From an uncultured Verrucomicrobiae bacterium (GTDB lineage: Bacteria; Verrucomicrobiota; Verrucomicrobiia; Chthoniobacterales; UBA10450), in contig CAWFGO010000001.1 in NCBI GenBank assembly GCA_963815455.1, positions 1-64,000 on the forward strand: DNA of 64,000 bases, in the 5' to 3' direction. Made by a program: the position numbers and the translations under genes. Positions 10,468 through 19,771 of this stretch are shown here, one piece after another. The notes beneath the pieces were generated by a model that searched no databases, was not told the DNA's origin, and saw nothing but the letters and a program-made list of their open reading frames with translations. Position 1 is the stretch's first letter, and the number at the start of each line of letters is the position of its first letter.

Positions 10468-11472
10468 CTACGACAATAATCGGGTTTTCCCCGAGCCGTG
10501 CTCGATGCGGCCAATCCGCTTCGCGCGCAGGATCGACATCGTTTTCTTCACGTCGCGCTCGGCAACGACCGCAACCATCCCGATGCCCATGTTGAAAACC
10601 TGATACATCTCCGCAGGATCGACATCGCCGTTTTGCCGCAGGATTTGGAAGATGCGTGGGACGCGCCACGATTTGGTGTCGATCACGGCGTCGCAATTCT
10701 TTGGAAGGACGCGCGGCAGATTATCGATCAAACCGCCGCCGGTAATATGCGCGAGACCCTTGATCATGCCGCTCGGGATTTTCTCAAGGAGCGGCTGATA
10801 ATTCTTGTGCACGCGCAAAAGTTCTTTGCCTACATTCTTCGGTTTCACTTTCATTTTTTCGAACAGGATCTTTCGGGCGAGCGAGTAACCGTTCGTATGG
10901 AGACCATTTGAAGCGAGACCGAGAACTACATCGCCTGGCTTGATTCTCGATCCATCGATCATTTTCGCGCGATCGACCACGCCCACGATGCAACCCGCGA
11001 GATCGTATTCGCCTTTTCGGTACATTCCGGGCATCTGCGCCGTTTCGCCGCCAATCAACGCGCAACCAGCCGCGCGACACGCGCGGGAGAATCCGCGCAG
11101 CAGTTGATCGAATACACGCGGTTCCAATTTTTCGCAGCCGATGTAATCGAGAAAGAACAATGGACGTGCGCCGACGACGGCGATGTCGTTCACGCAATGG
11201 TTCACCAGATCGGCGCCAACCGTGTCGTGTTTATTTAGTGCGAAAGCAATCTTCAGTTTCGTCCCGACGCCATCGATGCTGGAAACCAGGATCGGCTCGC
11301 GCATGTCGCGAAAATTCGCCTGAAACAAACCGCCGAACCCGCCGATCTTGCCAAGAACGTTCGGGCCATGCGTTTGTTTAACCAGCCCTTGAATGCGCCG
11401 CTTGAGCCGGTTGCCAAGATCAACATCCACGCCGGCAGATGCGTAGGACTTTTTCTTCTTCACAGACTTCAC
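10468..11472 (-). CDS. purM: Phosphoribosylformylglycinamidine cyclo-ligase
   Basis: YASAGVD, DGVGTKL, GGETAQMPG, SNGLHTNGYSL, HITGGG, FNMGIG. Confidence 0.97.
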   Translation of the reverse strand: MKSVKKKKSYASAGVDVDLGNRLKRRIQGLVKQTHGPNVLGKIGGFGGLFQANFRDMREPILVSSIDGVGTKLKIAFALNKHDTVGADLVNHCVNDIAVVGARPLFFLDYIGCEKLEPRVFDQLLRGFSRACRAAGCALIGGETAQMPGMYRKGEYDLAGCIVGVVDRAKMIDGSRIKPGDVVLGLASNGLHTNGYSLARKILFEKMKVKPKNVGKELLRVHKNYQPLLEKIPSGMIKGLAHITGGGLIDNLPRVLPKNCDAVIDTKSWRVPRIFQILRQNGDVDPAEMYQVFNMGIGMVAVVAERDVKKTMSILRAKRIGRIEHGSGKTRLLS

Positions 11473-11713
11473 AAATTCTCGCCGATTTATTTCAAAACTA
11501 AAGTCTATGTAATCGGCTAAGCCCTATCTTTTGGTCGTGCGAACCACGAATGGCAGAGTCGTCACAGGCACATAGGCTCGAATGGCAATATCGCGAATAC
11601 CGATTGTCAGGATCCTCGAAGCGAAATTCTGTCTGTCCGTCATAAATTGTAACATGCCCGAGCAATTCTGCCTACACACTTGCAGCATCGAGCCGCGTCC
11701 TTTACGTTTATCC

Positions 11714-12886
11714 ATGCCCGATAGCCCGCTCAATGATTACATAGGGGCGGACGATGACATTGACGAACGATTGTCGGAGGCACTGATAGGCGAGAATACC
11801 GCATTATACTCGTCGCCGGGCCAGAGAAACAACGCCAACTGGCTTTATGGACAGGTGCTGAGTTCTTCCGGCCAGTATAGCTTCCTTCCGCCACCCTATG
11901 TCGATTTGACGTGTATCCCTGCTTCGAATTCGACTTACGCAGGGAATGGTTTTACTTTAATCTCGCCTTTGCACGTCTGCATGGCTGGCGATCCTGGCAG
12001 GCCAGTTTCGCCGCCGCCCGACGGGACAGAACTTGTTTTTTACACTCACAGCGACGCTGCAATCACGCGAACCATAATCAGTCATGTTGACATCCCGATA
12101 ATTCCGTCGGGTGTGGATGCGGTGATCAGAATTGGTGTATTAGGCAGGCCGGTCCCGAGTTCCATTATTCCTGCGAAAGTCCTCCCAGTCTTTTACGAGC
12201 GTCAACAGCTCGGTCGCCTCGTCGCAATAGTTGATCAAACCCAGAATGCTTATGTGGGGGAGATAGCGAGAGGTAGTCCAATAGCTGAAGGCAGAATAAT
12301 CGGTGTCAAGAAGTCAGATGATTCGAGGCGGGCCATCTTCTGGAAGCGAATTGGCTTTCCGTTTACCACCGACTACGGAATGCCTTTCTTTATAATTCAA
12401 GACAATGAATTGATCTTTTTAGGCCCTCTAGCTGAAGACGCTAGCGCCTGCCTATCGATCGCCGCGTATCACGAACAGATCAACGCCGCCATGGCCGCCT
12501 TATCAAATCCGCCAGACCCGGTGTATCAACTGACCGACTTTAGCAAGGCCGTTCTTCCGCCTCGAATACATGGAGAATTTTTTGATGACATCGCGCTCGC
12601 AGACACAACGACTGTAACTTTGGCTTGGCCGGTAGGAAGCACTGGAACCCATCAATACCATTCCGAACAAACGGAAAACCTTGAAGACGTGGTCTTTTCA
12701 CGACCTCCACTTGGAGGTCAATCTCTCATTTATCGTCTCCATGCAACAAGAGCGTTTACGCTCAACATTCCTGAATCGTATGTAACCGCAGGCCCGATCA
12801 TGAACGTCGAGATTCCCGGCGCGGGCTATTACGAATTTTCATGGTCTTACGCTGCCGGCAAGTACTGGCTTCGAACCTCAATCTAA
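11714..12886 (+). CDS. Hypothetical protein with degenerate trypsin-like (PA clan) protease motifs
   Basis: Long ORF with lower GC; FTLISPLHVCMAGD, IRIGVL and TDYGMPFFII correspond to the trypsin His/Asp/Ser motifs without the catalytic residues. Confidence 0.6.
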   Translation: MPDSPLNDYIGADDDIDERLSEALIGENTALYSSPGQRNNANWLYGQVLSSSGQYSFLPPPYVDLTCIPASNSTYAGNGFTLISPLHVCMAGDPGRPVSPPPDGTELVFYTHSDAAITRTIISHVDIPIIPSGVDAVIRIGVLGRPVPSSIIPAKVLPVFYERQQLGRLVAIVDQTQNAYVGEIARGSPIAEGRIIGVKKSDDSRRAIFWKRIGFPFTTDYGMPFFIIQDNELIFLGPLAEDASACLSIAAYHEQINAAMAALSNPPDPVYQLTDFSKAVLPPRIHGEFFDDIALADTTTVTLAWPVGSTGTHQYHSEQTENLEDVVFSRPPLGGQSLIYRLHATRAFTLNIPESYVTAGPIMNVEIPGAGYYEFSWSYAAGKYWLRTSI

Positions 12887-12936
12887 TCGAGCAAATAATT
12901 CCAAGCTGGATGGCAACCCGTTGATCGATCTGAAAA

Positions 12937-13710
12937 GTGATGACGCGCGGTGCTCTACACTCAATCGCCAAAACGATCTTGTACAAAGCTGGTTACAGTG
13001 TCAAAAAGATCCGGGCGCGTCCAATTCACGTAACCGGCCCAATCAGTCGCGAGCGTTCCTCGCCGGGGCGGTTAATGGATCTTCTCCACAAGGCTAATCC
13101 ATATGAAGGATTCGACTTCCGCTCTTACGCTTTTGATGCGAGCGGCTGGGGGGGCGATTCACCCGCATTTCGAGAGCTCATTCTGGATATCAAGCCCCGG
13201 CTGATCGTTGAGGTAGGTAGTTGGAAAGGCAATTCGGCACTGCAAATGGCGTCCGTTGCGCGCGGGGCGGGATTAGCTACCCAAATCTTATGCGTGGACA
13301 CGTGGCTGGGCGCGTTGGAGTTTTGGACGGAGCACGCCGACCGAGAACGTTACTTGAGCCTGAAGCTTCGACATGGCTATCCGTCAGTTTATTACCAGTT
13401 TCTTGCGAACGTTTGTCTCGAAGGATTTCAGAATCAAATTATCCCTTTCCCCCAAACTGCTTCGATTGCTGCCCTATGGCTCCGCTATTATGGCATTACA
13501 CCGGAAATGGTTTACATCGATGCAAGCCATGAAGAAGAAGATGTGTACAGCGACCTTTGCAACTACTGGCCGCTGGTTTCTGCCAATGGGGTTCTCTTCG
13601 GAGATGACTATTCCTGGGATGGCGTTCGGCTGGCGGTTAATCGATTTGGGCGCGAGGAGAAACAGCATTTACAGTTCGTTGCCGATAAATGGATTTTTAA
13701 GAAAAAGTAG
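12937..13710 (+). CDS. Class I SAM-dependent methyltransferase (Methyltransf_24-like)
   Basis: IVEVGSWKGNSA, CVDTWLG, YIDASHEE, GVLFGDDY. Confidence 0.88.
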   Translation: MMTRGALHSIAKTILYKAGYSVKKIRARPIHVTGPISRERSSPGRLMDLLHKANPYEGFDFRSYAFDASGWGGDSPAFRELILDIKPRLIVEVGSWKGNSALQMASVARGAGLATQILCVDTWLGALEFWTEHADRERYLSLKLRHGYPSVYYQFLANVCLEGFQNQIIPFPQTASIAALWLRYYGITPEMVYIDASHEEEDVYSDLCNYWPLVSANGVLFGDDYSWDGVRLAVNRFGREEKQHLQFVADKWIFKKK

Positions 13711-13853
13711 CAGAGAACCTCCGCGCGCGTAAGCCTTTTTCATTGCTTCAATTTGTAGATCGACAATTTACATTATCCACAGATTTCACTGAGATTTTGG
13801 AGTTGCCCAATCTGTGTAAATCTTCGTACTCTGTAGAGTCGAGACCTCAAGCC

Positions 13854-14473
13854 ACGAAAAAGAGATTACTCATAGCGATCATCTGCGCCTTGATGGCGAC
13901 AAGCGCCGTTCTTGGGCAGCAGCACACACAGTCAATCACATTTTCCGGCCCGTCAGTGTGGACTCCCGGCACGACGGTGAACCTCGACGTCTTTCTGACG
14001 TTTGGTGGCTACAATGCGATCGGGCTTTCCTACTGGCTTGAGGTGCAAAGTGCGCTAGCGCCTTACATCACAATCACGAACATCCAGTGGTTCACATTTC
14101 CTCAGCACGGACAACCGGTCTATCCGATTTTCTTTACCGGTGGCATTGGCAGCGAGGTACATGGGGTGAAAAATTTGATTTGGGCGGAACTGTCAGCAAC
14201 CCCTCGTCGAAGTCCGTTCCTCCGGGGACTTATCAAATTAACACGATAACGTTCTCGGTAGCCGCCGCCGCACCGACTGGTTCATTCACTCTGCGCACCG
14301 TCAGCCAAAGCCCGCGGATCTCGGAAGTCACGGATACTGACTTTAATGATAATAACATTAATCCACCAGGAACGTTGGTGATCAATGTTGTGCCGGAGCC
14401 GAGCACATTCGCATTGCTCAGTTTCGCAGCCGTCGGCTGGGGCGTGTTGATCTACCGTGGCCGCAATCGCTAA
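13854..14473 (+). CDS. PEP-CTERM protein with cohesin-like body, paralog of 59826..60497; ACG at the expected start and a frameshift near 14160
   Basis: Signal peptide, HTQSITFSGPSVWTPGTTVNLDVFLT...GLSYWLEV, then a second frame DLGGT...PPGTYQI...SPRISEVTDTDFNDNNI...VPEPST-TM-YRGRNR. Confidence 0.8.
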
Positions 14474-14483
14474 GGTGCGGGCG

Positions 14484-14600
14484 AATGACGAAATCCGAAT
14501 GTCGAATGACGAATCAATGACTAAGCACCAATGACGAAACAGCAGGGCGTTTTCGTCATTTGAGCATTCCTTCGGCATTCGTCATTCGAGCTTCGTCATT
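14484..14600. repeat. GAATGAC-heptamer inverted repeat (empty hairpin) between convergent genes
   Basis: aatgacgaa...cgaatgtcgaatgacgaat...aatgacgaaa / tttcgtcatt...attcgtcattcg...ttcgtcatt. Confidence 0.8.
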
Positions 14601-16105
14601 TACTTCAGATCCCCGAACAACGTCGGGTGCGCTTCCTGATCGGCCAGCGCTTTGGCGCGGTTCTCTCGTTTTTCCATGATGAACTTGTCGAGCGCGGGAT
14701 CGACCGGCAATGGATAATCGCCGTTGAAGCAGGCAAGACAGAACTCGTTCACCGGTTTACCGGTGGCGCGTACCATTCCTTCGAAATCGAGATAGCCCAG
14801 ACTGTCCACGCCGAGATACTTGCAGATTTCATCCATCGACATCCGATTGGCGATCAACTTTTCCGGATCGGGAAAATCGATGCCGTAATGGCAGGCAAAC
14901 CGATGCGGCGGGCAACTCACACGCATGTGGACCTCTTTCGCGCCTGCTTCGCGCAAGTTCACCACCCGGCCCGCGCCGTTGTTCCGCGAACAATGGAATC
15001 ATCAACAACTACCACCCGTTTCCCGGCGACCATTTCCTTCACCAGATTCAATTTTACTCGCACATCGAAATCGCGAATGAGCTGGCTCGGCTGCAAAAAA
15101 GTGCGGCCGATGTAGTGATTGCGCACAAACGCGTGCTGGTACGGAATCTTCAACTCCTGGGCGAACCCGAGCGCGGCGTAATTTCCTGAATCCGGGACCG
15201 GGATCACGATGTCGGCTTCGACTGGGAATTTTCTGGCCAGCTCGCGCCCCATCTCGGTCCGCACTTTGCCGACGTTGACTCCGCCGATGATGCTGTCGGG
15301 CCGAGCGAAATAAACGTATTCGAACATGCAAAAGGCTGGCTGCTGCGGTTGAAACGGAAATTCCGAGCGCAACCCGTTTTCATCGATAATGAACACTTCC
15401 CCCGGCGCGATCTCGCGAATGAACTCGGCGTGAATCAGATCGAACGCGCACGTTTCGGAGGCCAAAATGTAAGCGCCGTCGAGTTTGCCAAGCGAGAGCG
15501 GTCGCCACCCGAACGGATCGCGCACCGCGATCAGTTCGCGCTCGCTCATGATGATGAGCGAGAACGCGCCTTCGATCCGGCGTAACGCCGATAAAACGCT
15601 CGCGCCGTTATCGGCCGGCCGCGCCAACAAGATGCAAAATGATTTCGCTGTCGGCGGTGGTTTGGAAAATCGAGCCTTTCCGTTCCAGCTCGTCGCGCAA
15701 AACATCGGCGTTCGTCAGGTTGCCATTGTGCGCAATGGCGAGCTGGCCGCGCACGCAATCGACCACGAACGGTTGCGCGTTTTTGATCGTGCTGGTCCCG
15801 GTCGTGGAATAGCGGGTGTGACCGATCGCACGCGTCCCCTTGAGTTTTTCCAGCTCTTCCTGACCAAATACTTGCGACACGAGTCCCATCCCTTTGGCTT
15901 GCAGAAACGTCTGATCGGGTCCGCTCGTCGTCACAATACCGGCGCTCTCCTGCCCGCGATGTTGAAGCGCGAAAAGTCCGTAATAGGTCAATACCGCCGC
16001 GTTCGGATGACCATACACGCCGAAGAGCCCGCACTCGTGCTGCGGATAGGACTCGGCCTCAGTCGGCTCGGAGATGTCGATCGTTCGAGTGTCTGGAGAG
16101 GTCAC
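14600..16105 (-). CDS. purF: Amidophosphoribosyltransferase (two frameshifts, ~15630 and ~14965)
   Basis: ECGLFG, QHRGQESAG, GHTRYST, HNGNL; CMFEYVYFARPDS, PVPDSG, VDDSIVRGTT; CHYGIDFP, CLACFNGDYP. Confidence 0.95.
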
Positions 16106-16229
16106 AGTAGATGATCCACTAAATCAGGGCTGATTCAATCGGCGCGATTCTCATTCTGTGGGGGAAGCTGACGAGCTTCCACTGTTCAGCCGATTCGGCA
16201 GGCTGTCAGCCGTCGCCCTACAAAGCGTT

Positions 16230-18570
16230 TCAAAGACTTGGGATTCTTTCCGAATCGGATTCCACCGCGCGCCGGATCGCATTCCACCAATCGTCATAAA
16301 GATCGGAAATCGGCCAGCGAAATTCCTCGCTCGTTAACTCGAATCCGCAATTCGTCGCCGCCGACTTTGCCGAGTTGTTGAAATGGAACATCGCGCTCGC
16401 GCAACATCGACATCGTCTTTTCGACATTGTCTGGCGCAATGGAAATCACGATGCGCGATTGCGATTCGTTGAAAAGTGTAGCGGCGGGCGTGTCGCCCGC
16501 TAGATCGACATCGGCGCCGAGAAGTTTTTCCGGATTAAAACAACATTCTGCCAACGCGACAGCGAGACCGCCTTCACTGCAATCGTGCGCACTCTTGACC
16601 ACGCCTTCGCGAATCAAATCGCGCACTGCGTTTTGGACTTTGATCTCGTGGGCAAGATCGACCTGTGGCGGCGGACCAATTTCTTGCCATGACAAACTTT
16701 CAGATAATGCGAGCCGCCGAGCATCGTGGCATCGGCATCCTGCCGATGAGACTGGGCTGGAAGCCCATGCCATTCCCACCAAAATAATCTCGTCGCCCGC
16801 ATTCTTGAACCATTGCGTGGTGATGTGCTTCTCGTCATCGATCAGTCCGACCATGCCAATGGTCGGCGTAGGATCGACAACTCCGGCCGGGCTCTCGTTA
16901 TACAAGGAGACGTTTCCGCCGGTGACGGGCGTGCCGAATGCGCGACAGGCTTCGGCAATTCCTTCGACGGCTTCGCGCAATTGCCAGAAATTTTCCGGCT
17001 TGTAAGGATTACCGAAGTTTAGGTTGTCGGTCACGGCCAGCGGGCGCGCGCCAGAACAAGTGAGATTGCGCGCGGCTTCGGCGACGGCGATTTTTCCGCC
17101 TTCGCGCGGATCGAGGGCGCAATAGAGCGAATTGCAATCGGTCGTCGCGGCCAAAATCTTGTTCGCATAACGAACGAAGAAAACGGCGGCATCGGAGCCG
17201 GGTTTCACCACCGTGCCGGTGCGCACGGTGTGATCGTATTGGCGATAGACCCAGTTCTTGGATGCGATGGTCGGAGCGCGCAGCAATTGCCGCAAGGAAT
17301 CTCGCAGAATGTCACGGAGGTCTGGCGCCGGCAAGATATCTTCAGCAAATCCGTTGTATCCTCCGTGTCCGCTGTGAGGCTTCTTTGCCTCGCGTGAGTA
17401 GAGGGGCGCTTCGTCGGCCAGGGGTTTGGCCGGGATTTCCGCGGCGATGCTGCCGTTATTGCGGACGCGCATCATGCCGTCATCGGTTACCCGGCCAATC
17501 TCCGCCCACGGCACATCCCATTTATCGAAAATTTCGCGCACGATATTTTCTTTGCCGCGTTTGGCGATGATCAGCATGCGTTCCTGCGATTCGCTGAGCA
17601 GAATTTCATACGGCGTCATTCCGGGTTCGCGCTTTGGAACCTTGGCCAGATCGATCTCGATCCCGCTGCCGCCGCGGCTGGCTGTTTCGCAAGTGGAACA
17701 GGTTAACCCCGCTGCGCCCATGTCTTGAATTCCGGCGACCGCATCGCGGGCCAGAAGTTCGAGACAAGCCTCAAGCAGAAGCTTTTCCTTGAACGGATCG
17801 CCCACTTGCACGGCCGGACGATCTTCCTTCGATTCTTCGGTCAGTTCGCGCGAAGCGAACGCCGCCCCGGCCAAGCCATCACGTCCAGTCTCGGCGCCGA
17901 CGTAGAAAACCGGGTTGCCAACGCCTCGTGCCGCGCCACGCGCGAGTTGCTCGTGCCGAAGAACGCCGAGACAAAAAACATTCACCAACGGATTGCCTTC
18001 GAAGCTGGGATCGAAATAAATTTCGCCGCCGATCGTGGGAATGCCGATGCAATTTCCGTAATGCGCAATGCCGGACACAACACCGGTGAACAGCCGCCGA
18101 TTGGCGCAGCGATGCGGTTCTCCGGAGTTCACCACAGCCGGCGTAATTGGGCCAAATCGCAACGAGTTAAGACAAAATTCCGGACGCGCGCCCATCGTGA
18201 AAATGTCGCGAATGATTCCGCCCACGCCGGTCGCCGCGCCTTGGAACGGTTCGATCGCGCTGGGATGATTGTGACTCTCGATCTTGAAAGCGATCGCCCA
18301 ACCATCGCCGATATCAACCACGCCGGCGTTTTCTTCACCCGCTTTCACCAAAATGTTCGGCCCGGTAGTCGGAAGTTTCTTCAGCTCTTTCCGCGAATTC
18401 TTGTAGGAACAGTGCTCGCTCCACATAACCGAAAAAATTCCCAGTTCGGTAAAATTAGGCTCGCGACCGAGAATTTTTTTTATCCGTTCGAACTCTTCCG
18501 GCGTAAGTCCGTGCTGTTTCACGAGTTCCGGTGTGATTTTCGGATCAGTGGTCGGTTTGGCGTTTGTCAT
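16230..18570 (-). CDS. purL: Phosphoribosylformylglycinamidine synthase subunit PurL (C-terminal frameshift ~16330 plus compensating shifts ~16680-16775)
   Basis: [47 protein letters not shown]; true C-terminus in ORF 16230..16439. Confidence 0.95.
16478..16500. repeat. GTAG-type half-REP inside purL (encodes AGDTPAAT)
   Basis: gtagcg-gcgggcg-tgt-cgcccgc palindrome. Confidence 0.55.
16726..16773. repeat. REP-like doublet (GTGGCA family) inside purL
   Basis: 23 nt identical to 55111-55133; gggctggaagccc shared; homologous to intergenic 19022-19073. Confidence 0.8.
17290..17376. repeat. Degenerate nonamer inverted repeat inside purL
   Basis: Minus strand cacagcgga cacggagga tacaacgga ... ctccgtgac attctgcga gattccttg (HSGHGGYNG...[10 protein letters not shown]). 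Confidence 0.5.
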
Positions 18571-18664
18571 CGACAGGAAAAGTTAACGCAACTGCGGCAT
18601 CCGTCGAGTATCTCGCTCACGAATCAGAGAGGTCAAACATCATCAACAAAAGAAGGGAAGCAAA

Positions 18665-19015
18665 ATGAAGAGAACAATTATTGCACTCGCTTGCGCGCTC
18701 GTGGCGCCAATGGCGTTTGCGCAAACCAGCACTACGACGGAGCGAACAACGACAACGACCGCTCCGGCAACAACAACCCAAACGACTACGACGTATTCTG
18801 CCGGCACGGTTACAACCTACGAGCCCGGAAAAACCATCGTAGTCAAAAGTGAAGAAGGCCCGGTCTCCTTCGCTCTCGGCACGGCTGCGCGCATCGTTGA
18901 CGGTGCGGGCAAAATCCTGACTGCCCCGCTGCGGAGCGGACAGAAGGTGAAGGTTTATTACACCGGCACCGGCGAGAAGCGCGTTGTTGAACGCGTGGTG
19001 GTTGACGAGGATTAA
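18665..19015 (+). CDS. Secreted Thr-rich small beta-barrel protein
   Basis: Signal peptide ending AFA, poly-Thr linker, GTVTTYEPGKTIVV...LRSGQKVKVYY. Confidence 0.8.
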   Translation: MKRTIIALACALVAPMAFAQTSTTTERTTTTTAPATTTQTTTTYSAGTVTTYEPGKTIVVKSEEGPVSFALGTAARIVDGAGKILTAPLRSGQKVKVYYTGTGEKRVVERVVVDED

Positions 19016-19021
19016 GCAAAA

Positions 19022-19073
19022 TAGTGGCATGGGCTTCCAGCCCATGATCATCGGCAAGATGCCGGTGCCACTA
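19022..19073. repeat. Intergenic REP-like doublet (GTGGCA family)
   Basis: tagtggcatgggcttccagcccatg-at-catcggcaagatgccggtgccacta. Confidence 0.8.
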
Positions 19074-19147
19074 AAATTCAAAGCCGCAGGGTTCCTTTGT
19101 GAATCCTGCGGCTTTTCATTTTCGCCTCTGGGGCGCACAGTGGGATT

Positions 19148-19654
19148 GTGGATCTCAGCACAATTGCCAACGTGGCGACGGCGCTCACCGTAATCACCGG
19201 GGTCGGTTTCGGCCTGGTCGAAGCACAGCGATCGCGACGAGCGCGGCAGGAGCGCGCGGCTTACGCCGCGGTGCAGGCGATTTTATCGCCGGAATGGATG
19301 AAATCGATGATCATCGTTCACAGCATCCCAGATGGCTCGAGCGCCGCGGACATCGATGCGGATGCGAGTGTATTGAATGCGGCGCACTCGGTCGGGGTAA
19401 TTCTGGAAGGACTCGGATACTCGGTGTTTGCGCGAATCGTCCCGTTGCGGGTGGTCGCCGATCTCGTGGGCGGCACCATTCGTCTCGCCTGGCGGAAGTT
19501 GCGACCGTATGTCGAGGAAGAACGCCGGCGTAGTGGTTCGCAGAAGACCTTTGAGTGGTTCCAATGGCTGGCCACGCAACTGGAGCGACATTCGCCAGGA
19601 AAGACCAATTTGGAGATAGGCGCCCACGAGGCCTACAAGGATTGGAAACCGTAG
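19148..19654 (+). CDS. Hypothetical membrane-anchored protein (DUF4760-like)
   Basis: N-terminal TM, LEGLGYSV...W.KLRPYVEEER...FEWFQWLA; GTG start. Confidence 0.7.
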   Translation: MDLSTIANVATALTVITGVGFGLVEAQRSRRARQERAAYAAVQAILSPEWMKSMIIVHSIPDGSSAADIDADASVLNAAHSVGVILEGLGYSVFARIVPLRVVADLVGGTIRLAWRKLRPYVEEERRRSGSQKTFEWFQWLATQLERHSPGKTNLEIGAHEAYKDWKP

Positions 19655-19740
19655 GTGGATCGAGCGCTCCGTCGCTCGATGTAAAGTCAGCCGGCGCAGC
19701 CGCATCTGTCTAGCATCGCCGGCGGAGCGGCCGATTCACC
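19651..19740. repeat. GTAG-type REP doublet (GTAGGTGGATCGAGC family)
   Basis: Homologous to 22313-22434; GTAG supplies the upstream TAG stop. Confidence 0.8.
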
Positions 19741-19771
19741 AATTTGCGTTTCAGGCGCAAATCGGAGAACA

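Noticed and set aside
11612..13795. Weak inverted similarity (acaattta...acaga.tttc.ct.gag) between 11612-11650 and 13763-13795 as island ends
   Set aside because: Gapped and short, with no target-site duplication or recombinase; could be chance.
14600..18570. purF/purL as pseudogenes or programmed frameshifts
   Set aside because: Scattered single-base indels across many unrelated genes and no slippery-site pattern; assembly error is more parsimonious.
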